Below the pieces are notes generated by a model. The model saw nothing but the letters and a program-made list of their open reading frames with translations. It did not search any database and had not been told where the DNA came from. Below, in pieces: positions 9,499-19,425 of a stretch of 64,000 nt of DNA. The first letter of the stretch is position 1. Each line of letters begins with the position of its first letter. This stretch comes from Candidatus Angelobacter sp. (GTDB lineage Bacteria > Acidobacteriota > Terriglobia > Terriglobales > Acidobacteriaceae). Position numbers and translations under genes: made by a program. The stretch spans positions 23,994-87,993 of the forward strand of contig DASXCL010000055.1 in NCBI GenBank assembly GCA_036491195.1. The letters run 5' to 3'.

Positions 9499-11472
9499 AT
9501 GATTAAGTTTCTGCAGAGCGGCAACAAGGCCGCAAAATATATCCTCGCCGGATTCCTTTTGGTCCTGGCCGCCAGCATGGTGACCTACCTCATCCCCGGT
9601 TTCTCGGGTAATACGGACGCCACCGAGTCAGGCGTGGTAGCAACCGTTGGCGGGCATGAAATTCGCAGCGAGGAGGTCGCCAAGGTGGTGCAGGCGCAGG
9701 CGCACGGGAACCAGATTCCCGACTTCTATATGCCCATCATGCGGCAGCAGGCCATCAAGCAGCTGATTCAGCAGGCGGAAATCCTATATGAAGGTGAGCG
9801 TATGGGGCTGCGCGTTTCAGACCAGGAATTTCGTGACGAGCTGCAATATGGCCCTTCCAGGCAGACTTTTTTCCCGAGCGGAAAATGGATTGGCGCGGAT
9901 CAGTACAAGGCGTTGCTGAGTCAGAACAACTACACCGTGGAGAGCTTTGAGCGCGAGTTCAGGCTGGGGATGCTGCAGCAGAAGCTACTCAGTGTGATCG
10001 GGGCCAACGCGACCGTGCCCGACTCAGACGTGGAACAGGCCTACAAAGACCAGAACACCAAGGTGAAATTCCAGTATGCCGTTTTGAAGCTGGAAGACGT
10101 TGCCAAGACGATCAAGCCGACGGACACGGAACTGAAGGCATTTTATGAAGCCAATAAGGCGCGATACGCGAATTCGACCTCGGAGAAGCGCCAGATCAAG
10201 TACTTTGTCCTGAACGAAAAAAGCGTTGCCGACAAAGTGACGGTAGATCCGGCTGAAATCCAGCGCGCATACAGCGCGGGCCAGAATGCCTATCGCGTGC
10301 CCGAACGTGCCAAAGTTCGCCACATCCTTATTGAAACCCCCAAGCCTGGCCCGGACGGCAAGGTGGACCAGAAAGGCGTGGATGCAGCGCGCGCAAAAGC
10401 CCAGGACATTCTGAAACAGCTTAAGGCCGGCGGTGATTTTGCCCATCTGGCCAACAAATACAGTAACGATCCCGGCAATGAAGATCCTTCGACCCACGCC
10501 AAGAAGGGCGGCGAACTCGGCTGGATCGGGAAAGGTCAGACCGTCGCGGAATTTGAGAAGGTAGCTTTTTCCCAGAGCAAGGGCCAGATCAGTGATCCGG
10601 TCCAGACCCCATTTGGCTTCCACATCATTCAGACTGAAGAGAAGGAAGATGCCCATCTGACTCCGCTGGCCGAAGTGAAAGCGGGCATCGAGTCAGGCAT
10701 TAAGCAGGAAAAGATCAGGACTGAAATGAACAAAGCGTCCGCGGACGCCGAGGCAGTGGCGCAGAAACAGGGCCTGGAGAAGGCCGCGGCCAAGTATGGC
10801 GCGCAGGTCATCCAGAGCAACATGATTGGCCACAACGATGCTCTGCCGGGCATCGGTCCTCAACCTCCGTTGATGGACGCCATTTTTGCCGCGACCGACA
10901 AAGCCGGTCCGCAGGCCACACAGACACCACAGAGCACAGTGGTTTTTGAGGTAACCAAGATCGAGCCGGCGCGCACCCCTACTTTTGAAGAAATAAAGGA
11001 CCGCGTGGCGACGGAATTCAAGAACCAGCGCGCGGGCGACATCCTGCGGCGCAAGACACAGGAGATGGCGGACCGCGCCCATGCCGAGCATGATCTGGCG
11101 AAAGCAGCGAAAGAAGCCGGCGCTACGGTGAAGACCAGTGATCTGGTTGGCCGGTCGCAACAGGTGCCCGACATCGGATCCATGTCTGGACCGGCGGGCG
11201 CCGCTTTCAACCTGAAGCAGGGCGAGATAAGCGGCCCATTGAACATGGGAACCAGCCAGGCAGTCCTGCAAGTGGTGGAACGGCAAGAGCCTTCTCCTGC
11301 CGATCCGGCGTTTGCCAAACAGCGCGATCAACTGCGCGAAACCCTGACTTCACAAAAAAAGCAGGAAGTGCTGAACGTGTTCGTTAACGATCTGAGCACG
11401 CGCCTTGAAAAAGAGGGCAAGGTGAAGATCAACAAGACAGAAATGGATAGCCTTACCAAATCCCGCAGCTAA
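9499..11472 (+). CDS. ppiD: PpiD-like membrane-anchored periplasmic chaperone / parvulin-type peptidyl-prolyl isomerase
   Basis: 657 aa. N-terminal anchor AAKYILAGFLLVLAASMVTYLI, a SurA_N-like chaperone region, and a parvulin rotamase core (VRHILIETP...GGELGWIGKGQTVAEFEKVAF...QTPFGFHIIQ). Confidence 0.8.
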   Translation: MIKFLQSGNKAAKYILAGFLLVLAASMVTYLIPGFSGNTDATESGVVATVGGHEIRSEEVAKVVQAQAHGNQIPDFYMPIMRQQAIKQLIQQAEILYEGERMGLRVSDQEFRDELQYGPSRQTFFPSGKWIGADQYKALLSQNNYTVESFEREFRLGMLQQKLLSVIGANATVPDSDVEQAYKDQNTKVKFQYAVLKLEDVAKTIKPTDTELKAFYEANKARYANSTSEKRQIKYFVLNEKSVADKVTVDPAEIQRAYSAGQNAYRVPERAKVRHILIETPKPGPDGKVDQKGVDAARAKAQDILKQLKAGGDFAHLANKYSNDPGNEDPSTHAKKGGELGWIGKGQTVAEFEKVAFSQSKGQISDPVQTPFGFHIIQTEEKEDAHLTPLAEVKAGIESGIKQEKIRTEMNKASADAEAVAQKQGLEKAAAKYGAQVIQSNMIGHNDALPGIGPQPPLMDAIFAATDKAGPQATQTPQSTVVFEVTKIEPARTPTFEEIKDRVATEFKNQRAGDILRRKTQEMADRAHAEHDLAKAAKEAGATVKTSDLVGRSQQVPDIGSMSGPAGAAFNLKQGEISGPLNMGTSQAVLQVVERQEPSPADPAFAKQRDQLRETLTSQKKQEVLNVFVNDLSTRLEKEGKVKINKTEMDSLTKSRS

Positions 11473-11490
11473 GTCTGCATCATAGGAACT

Positions 11491-13038
11491 ATGCTGTCCC
11501 AGCGATCGGCCGGAATTCTGCTGCACCCAACCTCGCTGCCTTCGCTGGGCGGAATCGGCGACCTTGGTCCTGAAGCCTATGCCTTTGCGGATTTCCTCAT
11601 GCGCTCGGGCCTGGGTCTGTGGCAGGTCTTGCCACTGTCACCGCCAGGAATGGGCAACTCGCCCTATTCAGCCATCTCCGCGTTTGCCGGCAACCCTCTT
11701 CTTGTCAGCATGGAAAGACTGGCTGAGCGTGGCTGGCTGGAAAGAGAGCAGTTGAAGAAGCTGCCTCCGGCGCATTCCCGGATCAATTTCGACGAAGTGA
11801 AGGCCTCCAAGATGCCGCTGCTGCAGCGCGCAGCGCAGAAATTCCTGGATCTCGGCAATGGCGATGGAGGCCGTTTTGCCGAATTCAAGGGTGACCACGC
11901 ATGGTGGCTGGAAGATTTTGTGCTCTTTGACGTGATGCGCCAGGTACATAGCGGGGCCACGTGGAGTTCCTGGCCGGCGGAACTGGCGCGCCGGGAAGCT
12001 GAAGGTCTTCACCGGTTCGGATTGGACTACCAGCGCGAGCTGGAAGTCGAGCGTGTCATCCAATTCGCTTTTTTCGAGCAATGGCGGTCTCTTCACCAAT
12101 ATTGCGGCCAGCGCGAAATCCGGATTGTGGGCGACGTCGCCATCTTCGTGAACTATGACTCGGCCGACGTGTGGCGCAATCCCGATCTTTTTTTTCTTGA
12201 CGAGAAATTACAGCCGACGGTCGTGGCCGGAGTGCCGCCGGACGCTTTCAGCGTGACTGGCCAGCGCTGGGGCAATCCCTTATACCGTTGGGATGTATGC
12301 AGGTCCCGCGGATACGATTGGTGGATCCAGCGCATGAAGGGCGCGCTGGAGACCTGCGATATCCTGCGCCTTGATCATTTTCGCGGTTTTGAAAGCTACT
12401 GGGAAATCCCCGCAGAGGAGCCCACCGCAGTTCACGGCAAATGGGTGGCGGGCCCGCGTGACGATTTGTTCAACGCACTGCGCGCGAGCCTTGGCGATCT
12501 TCCCTTCATCGCCGAAGATCTCGGCTTGATTACCCAGGAAGTGCATGCCTTGCGCGAGAGGCTGGGCGTGCCGGGAATGAAAGTTCTGCAATTCGGGTTT
12601 GGCGATCCTGGAGCGCACATCTACCTGCCGCAGAACTTTGAGCCCAACTGCGTCGTCTATACCGGAACGCACGACAATGACACAACGGCCGGCTGGTGGA
12701 AATCTTCGGCCAGCAGGGACGAGCGGCGGTACGCGGCCACTTATTTTGGCGAACCGGCGGACGGAATGCACTGGGCCTTCATCCGGGCGGCACTTGGCTC
12801 CGTGGCCCGGCTGGCGATTGTGCCGTTGCAGGATTTTCTGGGCCTGGGCAGCGAAGCCCGCATGAACACGCCTTCTTTGATCGATGGCAACTGGGGTTGG
12901 CGCTTCGCCAAAAAGGCCCTCACCCCATCGCTTGCCGAAAAACTTGCCACGCTTTCTTCTATCAGCGACCGTAACCCGCAAACGTTACGTGCTGACCAGA
13001 AGGGCGACGGGGAAATGCGCGAAGACTTCGCGGCATAA
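11491..13038 (+). CDS. malQ: 4-alpha-glucanotransferase (amylomaltase, GH77)
   Basis: 515 aa. RSAGILLHPTSLPS...GIGDLG start, SPYSAISAFAGNPLL, LRLDHFRGF, FIAEDLG and YTGTHDNDT motifs, all typical of MalQ. Confidence 0.9.
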   Translation: MLSQRSAGILLHPTSLPSLGGIGDLGPEAYAFADFLMRSGLGLWQVLPLSPPGMGNSPYSAISAFAGNPLLVSMERLAERGWLEREQLKKLPPAHSRINFDEVKASKMPLLQRAAQKFLDLGNGDGGRFAEFKGDHAWWLEDFVLFDVMRQVHSGATWSSWPAELARREAEGLHRFGLDYQRELEVERVIQFAFFEQWRSLHQYCGQREIRIVGDVAIFVNYDSADVWRNPDLFFLDEKLQPTVVAGVPPDAFSVTGQRWGNPLYRWDVCRSRGYDWWIQRMKGALETCDILRLDHFRGFESYWEIPAEEPTAVHGKWVAGPRDDLFNALRASLGDLPFIAEDLGLITQEVHALRERLGVPGMKVLQFGFGDPGAHIYLPQNFEPNCVVYTGTHDNDTTAGWWKSSASRDERRYAATYFGEPADGMHWAFIRAALGSVARLAIVPLQDFLGLGSEARMNTPSLIDGNWGWRFAKKALTPSLAEKLATLSSISDRNPQTLRADQKGDGEMREDFAA

Positions 13039-15993
13039 CAGCGTCCGTTGCGCCGTGACCCTGATCTTCTCTCCGGTAAAAACGTTTTCCAGGAATTCCG
13101 CGCTGCGCGGGGGCGCCGGCAGTTCAGTGTTTTCCCACAGTTCGGCCAGCGGGGCGCGCATGGCGCCTCCGGCCAGGGTATAACTCAAACGGGGCACGGC
13201 GACGATTGCCACCTGGTTATTGTGCTCGCGGGCGAATGCCACCACATGCTGCTGCCTGGCGCCTGTGGCGTGCAGCGGCCGGTAACGGCCCGGATGAAAT
13301 AAGTTGCGCCGGTCACGCCGCAATCGCAGCACCTGCATGGTGGTCCAAAGCTTGATGCGTCCATCCTGGTAATTGCTCAGCAACTCCGCGCACAGGGCCG
13401 GCAGATCGCCTGATTCAGCTTTGTGGTCGAGTTCGGTGAGGAACTGCTCTCGCAAGCCATAGTCCACCGGCCGGCGGTTATCGGGGTCTACCAGGCTCAA
13501 GTCCCACAGCTCCGTGCCCTGATAAAGATCAGGGTTGCCGGGAGAGGTGAGCGTAAGCACGCGTTGCGCCAGGGAATTGATTGCTCCAAAGAACATTAAG
13601 GCCGGCATGAACGCGTGCATCTGCTCCAGAAAAGCATTCGGGCGAGTGGATGTTGCGGAAGTCAGGATTTTATCGACGAATTGCCGCAGGGCTTCCACAT
13701 AAGCCGGATCGTCGCTGATCCAGCTGAGATTGATCTTGGCCTCATGAACAGCCTTGGCCATGTATTGCTGGACCCTCTTCACGTAGTCTTCAGGCGCCCC
13801 GTCGGATCGGAAGTCGAACGGCCACGATCCCACCAGCGTCTGGTAGAGAAGGTACTCTTCGTTGGAATCCGGCACTCGCCGTCCGTCCGACAACATGCGC
13901 TTGCGCAGGCGGTTCGTCCTGCGCCATCGCAAGGCGTGTGCGGCCCAGGTCTTGGGCATTTCCGATAGCACGTCCAGCCGGGCCCGGACGTCTTCACTGC
14001 GCTTGGTGTCATGCGTTGAAGTGGCAAGCATGGAATAGGGCCAGCTCTCCGCGCGCTTCAGGTTGCCGGAATGAAATTCGTCGGGGGCAATACCGAATTG
14101 GCGCGGCGATCCGCCTACTTCATTTACGGCAATGAAGCGGTTATAGACGTAGCATGCGGTATCTTCCATGCCCTTGGCCATTACCGGCCCGGTGAGCTGC
14201 TGAAACTTCAGAGTGAAATGAAGCTTCCTGCGGTAGAGGTCTGACTGGTCTTCTGAGTCTTTGTGCCGCAGCAGCAGGATGTCGCGCAGAAAGTCAAAGC
14301 TCGCCGGGGCTTTGTCCGGATTGTGCCGTTTGGCCCGGGAAACGGCTTCGTGAATATAGGCGCGATCGCGGTCCGTCATTTCGCCGCGCTCGTCAATGTA
14401 GGTGCGATAGACGGGGAAGCACGCAATGGTTTCACGAATCACGTCGCGCAAGGACTTGCGGGTAAAGTCGCGAGCGTAACGGTCGGTTGCCGAGATGGCG
14501 TCCAGCATGTGGGCGAGCACATTGACCTCGCTGGCGAGAGAGGCGTGCATAATTAATTTTTTGCTGTTATAGATCACGCTTTCCACGTCCTGCGAAACGC
14601 CGGTAAAGCGGTGATAGAAATTGGTGAAGCTGCGCTCATTGCGCCGATCAATGAACAAGCCGTTGACCAGCGTGGTGAAGTCGTAGCCTGATGTCCCGTC
14701 CACCGGCCATTCGCGCGGCAATTCTTCCCCGGGCTCCAGGATTTTCTCCACCACGGTGTAGAGCAGTGCGCGCTGGTTCATCCAGTCGTGCTGCCCGAAA
14801 GCCTGTTGGAAATCCAGTTCAATCCCGTTTTCCGCCAGGGGAGGCCGTGCGGCGGCGCCGCCGCATTGGCTGGCCGCATAAAGCATTTGCAGGCGCACCA
14901 TGTATTGCCGCGGATTCAACAGGCCGTCACAGTGGTCCACGCGCAGGCCCTGTACCATGTCATCAGCCAGCAGGTGCCGCAAGAGCTGGTGCGTTGCGGC
15001 AAAGACCCGTGGATTTTCCATGCTCAGGCCGATCAGGTCGTTCACGTCAAAAAAGCGCCGATAATTGATTTCTTCGCCCGAGACACGCCAGTTCGCCAAC
15101 CGGTAAACCTGGTCTTCCAGCAGGCGGTGCAACGCGTCAAAGCTTCGTGGGACGCCTGCGTGCCCGTTCATCAGGCTGGCCGCTTTCGTCGCGCTTTGCC
15201 GCGACTCAGCAGACTTTTCCATCAACTCTTTCAGTGCGACCGTAAGTGAAGGAATGACGCGGCGGCGCTGGCGCACCAGGTCGCCGTCATTGGCGCTGTG
15301 TGGCGGCAGATTACGCAGCCCAGACAACAAGTTGCGCAGCTCCTGCGGCAGCTCATGCCCCAAGGGTTCAAAAATCATGGGAACGGTCTGGGGATCGAGC
15401 GGCAGCAGCTTGTCAAAATACTCAACGTGAAAGCCATTGTCGTCGTTCACCAGCTTGATGTGCCCTGCTTCCAACTCGGCGCCGTATTGATCGCCCAGGA
15501 TGGGCAGCAGGAGCTTGTTGTGCAGCTCGGGCTTGACCGGGTCCCAGTCCAGGTCAAAAAATTCAGCAAATTCCGATGCGCGACCGTTCGCCAGCACGTC
15601 CCACCACCACGGATTGCCTCCTGGGCCGATCCCCATATGGTTGGGCACGATATCCAGCACTTGCCCCATGCCGTAGTTTTTCAACTCGTGGACCAGCTCC
15701 TTCAGCTCTTCATAACTGCCGACTTCAGGATTTAGCTGGTTGTGGTCAGTGATGTCATACCCGTGCAAGCTGCCGGTGCGTGCCTTGAGGATGGGCGAGG
15801 AATAAATGTGCGAGATGCCCAGAGCGTGCAGATATCCCACGAGGCGTCGCGCATTTTCAAAGCGAAATCCGGCATTGAACTGCAAACGGTACGTGGACAG
15901 CGGCTTGGCGTGGCGCTTTTCTGACGCCAAACGGTCAAGGCACTCCGAAATACCGCTCGTCTCTGGCGTCAATACCGATGAATTGGCTCTCAT
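12985..15993 (-). CDS. treY: malto-oligosyltrehalose synthase (GH13)
   Basis: The ORF is open to 16146, but the conserved TreY N-terminus (STYRLQFNAGFRFENA...YLHALGISHIYSSPILKA) begins soon after the internal MRANSS (ATG 15993). LDIVPNHM and GLRVDHCDGL motifs are present. The 3' end overlaps convergent malQ by 54 nt. Confidence 0.88.
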   Translation of the reverse strand: MRANSSVLTPETSGISECLDRLASEKRHAKPLSTYRLQFNAGFRFENARRLVGYLHALGISHIYSSPILKARTGSLHGYDITDHNQLNPEVGSYEELKELVHELKNYGMGQVLDIVPNHMGIGPGGNPWWWDVLANGRASEFAEFFDLDWDPVKPELHNKLLLPILGDQYGAELEAGHIKLVNDDNGFHVEYFDKLLPLDPQTVPMIFEPLGHELPQELRNLLSGLRNLPPHSANDGDLVRQRRRVIPSLTVALKELMEKSAESRQSATKAASLMNGHAGVPRSFDALHRLLEDQVYRLANWRVSGEEINYRRFFDVNDLIGLSMENPRVFAATHQLLRHLLADDMVQGLRVDHCDGLLNPRQYMVRLQMLYAASQCGGAAARPPLAENGIELDFQQAFGQHDWMNQRALLYTVVEKILEPGEELPREWPVDGTSGYDFTTLVNGLFIDRRNERSFTNFYHRFTGVSQDVESVIYNSKKLIMHASLASEVNVLAHMLDAISATDRYARDFTRKSLRDVIRETIACFPVYRTYIDERGEMTDRDRAYIHEAVSRAKRHNPDKAPASFDFLRDILLLRHKDSEDQSDLYRRKLHFTLKFQQLTGPVMAKGMEDTACYVYNRFIAVNEVGGSPRQFGIAPDEFHSGNLKRAESWPYSMLATSTHDTKRSEDVRARLDVLSEMPKTWAAHALRWRRTNRLRKRMLSDGRRVPDSNEEYLLYQTLVGSWPFDFRSDGAPEDYVKRVQQYMAKAVHEAKINLSWISDDPAYVEALRQFVDKILTSATSTRPNAFLEQMHAFMPALMFFGAINSLAQRVLTLTSPGNPDLYQGTELWDLSLVDPDNRRPVDYGLREQFLTELDHKAESGDLPALCAELLSNYQDGRIKLWTTMQVLRLRRDRRNLFHPGRYRPLHATGARQQHVVAFAREHNNQVAIVAVPRLSYTLAGGAMRAPLAELWENTELPAPPRSAEFLENVFTGEKIRVTAQRTLLCREVFAHFPVALLVST

Positions 15994-16144
15994 GGGGCTT
16001 TTATCGATGGGACCTTTTTTTGAGGCAGAATGCTCCCAGCAACTTAGATGCAACAATCCGGAGACGTGGCGAACGATCCGGCTCTTTGCTAATTTGCCCG
16101 GAAGAGTCGAAAATGCTATTTGGAAAAAAGGAGCCGCCTCAAGC

Positions 16145-16327
16145 ATGCCAGCAACTGGTGAACTGATTCGAATGATGAATTATGTGGACGATATCGCCGC
16201 CACACTGCGCCGCATCGTTGTAGGAATTTCCACCATGACCCCGGAAGAACGCAAACGGCTGGCCGACTACATGCGCGCCTCAGACCCGAGCTTTATGAAG
16301 ACGCTGGAGAGCCTGGATAAAGGCTAG
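16145..16327 (+). CDS. hypothetical small protein
   Basis: 60-aa internal-ATG version (MPATGELIRMMNYVDD...) of ORF 15806-16327. It ends 4 nt before the next gene. No motif recognised. Confidence 0.3.
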   Translation: MPATGELIRMMNYVDDIAATLRRIVVGISTMTPEERKRLADYMRASDPSFMKTLESLDKG

Positions 16328-16331
16328 TTCC

Positions 16332-16898
16332 ATGGCCGAAATCCGGTCTATCGCGGTGATCGGCGCCGGAGCCATCGGCCGCGGAATCGCCATTGCCTCC
16401 GCACTGGGGGGATACCGCACCATCCTGGAAGACATTCTTCCCGCCAGCCTGCGCAGCGCTGCCGCGGAAATGAGCGAGCATCTTTCCCGCGCCGCCGATC
16501 TTGGCGTCATCAGTCAACCTGAAGCCGCAGGCGCGTTCAGCCGCCTGGAATTTGCGTCCACCGTGGAGCAAGCTGCCCGTCAGGCTGACCTGGTGATTGA
16601 GGCGGTCCCGGAAGAGATGGAATCCAAGATCGAAATTTTTACCCTGCTCGACAAGATCTGCAAACCGGCCACCATCCTGGCGTCAAACACTTCATCGCTG
16701 AGCGTGACGGAAATCGCTTCTGTGACGTATCGTGCGCAAAAGGTCCTGGGTATGCGCTTTGCCGCACCCGTTTCTGAGGCGGGACTGCTGGAGATCGTAC
16801 GCACGCGGCAGACTGACGATGAAACCGTTACGGCATGTGCCGATGTCGGGCGGCGCATGGGCAAGAATGTTGTAGTGATTCAAGACGGCGCCGATTAG
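16332..16898 (+). CDS. 3-hydroxyacyl-CoA dehydrogenase NAD-binding domain protein (N-terminal domain only)
   Basis: 188 aa. Rossmann motif IAVIGAGAIGRGIA. EAVPEEMESKIEIF, ILASNTSSLSV and GMRFAAP are typical of the 3HCDH_N domain. There is no room for the usual C-terminal domain before the convergent gene at 16920. Confidence 0.7.
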   Translation: MAEIRSIAVIGAGAIGRGIAIASALGGYRTILEDILPASLRSAAAEMSEHLSRAADLGVISQPEAAGAFSRLEFASTVEQAARQADLVIEAVPEEMESKIEIFTLLDKICKPATILASNTSSLSVTEIASVTYRAQKVLGMRFAAPVSEAGLLEIVRTRQTDDETVTACADVGRRMGKNVVVIQDGAD

Positions 16899-16919
16899 GC
16901 GGCGTGTCGAATCTACCGC

Positions 16920-17414
16920 CTATGTCTTGCGTCGCATCAAGCGGAGATCGGACAGATAGATATCAAGCGGGCTGAGCCCGGCAACCCCGTGATTTTCCGC
17001 GCTTTCGCTCGGGTCTGCCTCCAGCAATAATTCCTGGCGGTTGAGCTTTTCTGCCACGGCAGAGATCCGCCGCCGGAGATATTTCAGGTCACAAGGTTTC
17101 GTAAGGTAGTCATCCGCTCCGGCTTCATAGCCGGCCTGGATATCTTCCGGCTGCTCTCTTCCAGTAATCAGAATCACATACGCCGTTGAGTTTGTGACGC
17201 TCGTCCGCAGCCATTTGCAAATTTCCAGGCCGCTCATCTTCGGCATGTCCCAGTCGAGCAGGCAGACATCAATGCTGCGGGTCTGCAGCATTTCCAGGGC
17301 GCTTTCGCCATCCGGGGCCGAAACCAGGTGGTAACCCCATTGCACCACGGAACGTTCCAGCACCATGCGGGAGAGCAAATCATCTTCAGCTACGAGGATC
17401 GTGAGGGCTTGCAT
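16920..17414 (-). CDS. response regulator, receiver domain with short C-terminal tail
   Basis: 164 aa. ILVAEDD, LLDWDMPKMSG (phospho-acceptor Asp context) and DDYLTKP are classic CheY-like receiver motifs. Confidence 0.85.
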   Translation of the reverse strand: MQALTILVAEDDLLSRMVLERSVVQWGYHLVSAPDGESALEMLQTRSIDVCLLDWDMPKMSGLEICKWLRTSVTNSTAYVILITGREQPEDIQAGYEAGADDYLTKPCDLKYLRRRISAVAEKLNRQELLLEADPSESAENHGVAGLSPLDIYLSDLRLMRRKT

Positions 17415-17644
17415 ACTTGCAGTTGTTATCGACTGAATTCGCTTCTACTTTAGCAAACACGCAGAACGGAAACGATATTACGTAAGTTTCCCGATTCCCA
17501 AAATGGAACCATCAATTCACGCTGTTTTAGACTCACCCATCGCAAAGCCGACCTGGAACATCGATTTTTGCTCACCCGGCCCCAAAGGACGCAGAGCCGG
17601 CCTTTCGCCCAATGTCGTCCGAAAGCTGCTTGTTCTTCGCCCGA

Positions 17645-19090
17645 CTAATTTCCAGCCGGCTTGCTGCCCATCGCCGGCAGAGGCAGCCTGCCATCCGCGC
17701 CGCTGGTTAGCGCCACGAATGCCGGGTCCTTATAGAGCGACGCAAACACCGCATCCACGCGCGCTTCCATCATCTCTTTGCTGCGCACGGATTGATAGCG
17801 TTCATACTCAAAGAAGTGGCGTTTCAACAGTGAGAGCGCTTTGTCTTTTTGCCCCAGCTGCGCATAGATGGCGGCCAGATTGTAAGAAGCGCACAGGATC
17901 TTTTCATTATCTTTTGCGATCTTCAGCGCTTCGTCGCCATGTCCATTGCCGGCCATGAAAGCTGCGGCAAAGATCAGGTTGAAGGGTTCTTTCGGATCGA
18001 GCGCCAGCGCCTGCCGCGTGTATTGATCGGCCTTCGCCTTGTCACCTTCAGAATTCCAATAGACGGCCAGGTTGCGGTAGGCCAGCGCGAGCGGAAACTC
18101 CTGCGTGGAAGATTCCATCAGCCCCAGGCCTTTTTTGAAGTCGCCTTCATGGATTGTCATCTTGCCCAGTCCATGCAGCGCCACGGCGCGCGACAGTGGA
18201 TCAGCCGGCATCGCCAGGATCGCGTTGAAGGTTGTGCGCGCTTTGTCCCACTCGCCCGTGTGGTGGCGATACAGCTCGCCCAGGTAGCGTAGCGGCGTCG
18301 GATCGTTGGGATCAAGGTTGTGCGCGGCGGTGTAATACTTCTGCGCCAGCGTGTATTTGGCGTCGTTTTCCGCCATCAGGCCCATCGACATCGTTTTCTG
18401 GATCTTTGCGCTCACCACGGGATCAAAATTCGGGCCGTCGGGCATCGCGTCGGCGTTCAAGCCAGTTACGCCCAGTTTTTTCAGTTCTTTTACCGCGTCT
18501 TTGGCTTTGCCCGGGAACATGCATTTCTGCTCGGCCACCTGTTTCAGCTCGGCAATAGCGGTCTTGCTGTCGCCGGATTTGACTTTGGACTTGGCGTCCT
18601 CCATCTTCTCCTTCACCGCAGACTCGCGCTTCTTCATTTCGCTTTCCAGCAGCTTTTCCAGGTCACCGACTTTAAGCTTGCCGTTCTTGTTTTCAAGCTT
18701 ATCCACCACCGTGCCATCGGCCTGCACCAATACCGCCACGGGAAGCTTTCCGTCCGGGACATATTTCTGCCCCAGCGCGGTCTGTGCGTCCACAATGCCC
18801 ATAGTCACGCACTGTTGCGAATAAAGCTGCAGCGTGCGCGATTCACGCAGGCTTGAGCGCTCAACCTCGTCCTTGCCGGTGGGGAACCAGTAGACGGCCA
18901 GGCCTTCTTTCACCGGCGCCTGCGGCGTAATCAGCTTCCACGGCACCTGGTAGGTCTGTTGGCTCGATCCTCCACCCATTCCGCCCATGCCTCCGCCGCC
19001 GCCGCCACCGCAGGTGGCCCACACTTGCGGGACCAGTAACACATAGACCATCAGCAGACACACGACGCGTTGGAGAAGTGAAGTTTTCAT
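17645..19090 (-). CDS. secreted TPR-repeat protein with N-terminal thioredoxin-like region
   Basis: I trimmed the start to MKTSLLQRVV (ATG 19090). Signal peptide, then a Gly/Met-rich stretch CGGGGGGGMGGMGGG, then a ~130-aa region resembling a thioredoxin-like fold (LAVYWFP...LPVAVLVQADGTVV), then multiple TPR-like helices in the C-terminal half. Confidence 0.7.
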   Translation of the reverse strand: MKTSLLQRVVCLLMVYVLLVPQVWATCGGGGGGGMGGMGGGSSQQTYQVPWKLITPQAPVKEGLAVYWFPTGKDEVERSSLRESRTLQLYSQQCVTMGIVDAQTALGQKYVPDGKLPVAVLVQADGTVVDKLENKNGKLKVGDLEKLLESEMKKRESAVKEKMEDAKSKVKSGDSKTAIAELKQVAEQKCMFPGKAKDAVKELKKLGVTGLNADAMPDGPNFDPVVSAKIQKTMSMGLMAENDAKYTLAQKYYTAAHNLDPNDPTPLRYLGELYRHHTGEWDKARTTFNAILAMPADPLSRAVALHGLGKMTIHEGDFKKGLGLMESSTQEFPLALAYRNLAVYWNSEGDKAKADQYTRQALALDPKEPFNLIFAAAFMAGNGHGDEALKIAKDNEKILCASYNLAAIYAQLGQKDKALSLLKRHFFEYERYQSVRSKEMMEARVDAVFASLYKDPAFVALTSGADGRLPLPAMGSKPAGN

Positions 19091-19425
19091 GCGGCAAATT
19101 ATACAGCAGCACTGGACGATCTGAGCGTTTTGGGGCGATAGCACCTAGATGGTGTGAAAAAACGCTTGGATAGGCGAACATTAACATGGTAGCCTTCGAA
19201 GGCCGCTCTAAATCACTCCCTTGTTAAGTTTTGTCAGGTGTCCGATCCGTGCGGCTAAGGGCTACCAAAGGGAGAACTCCTACGTCAGGTTCTTTGCGTC
19301 CGCGTCACCATTTAAGCCGACAGTTGATCGCTGTCACTCCAGAGTACCAAATTAAAGCACCACTATTCAAAACCCAATCGTGCTCCTTTGGATCACGGCA
19401 GGGTATCCTTCGATGAGGATTAGGT

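Noticed and set aside
15994-16146. 51-codon N-terminal extension of treY
   Set aside because: The conserved TreY N-terminus begins just after the internal Met. The extension has no similarity to the family as I know it and overlaps the divergent small ORF region.
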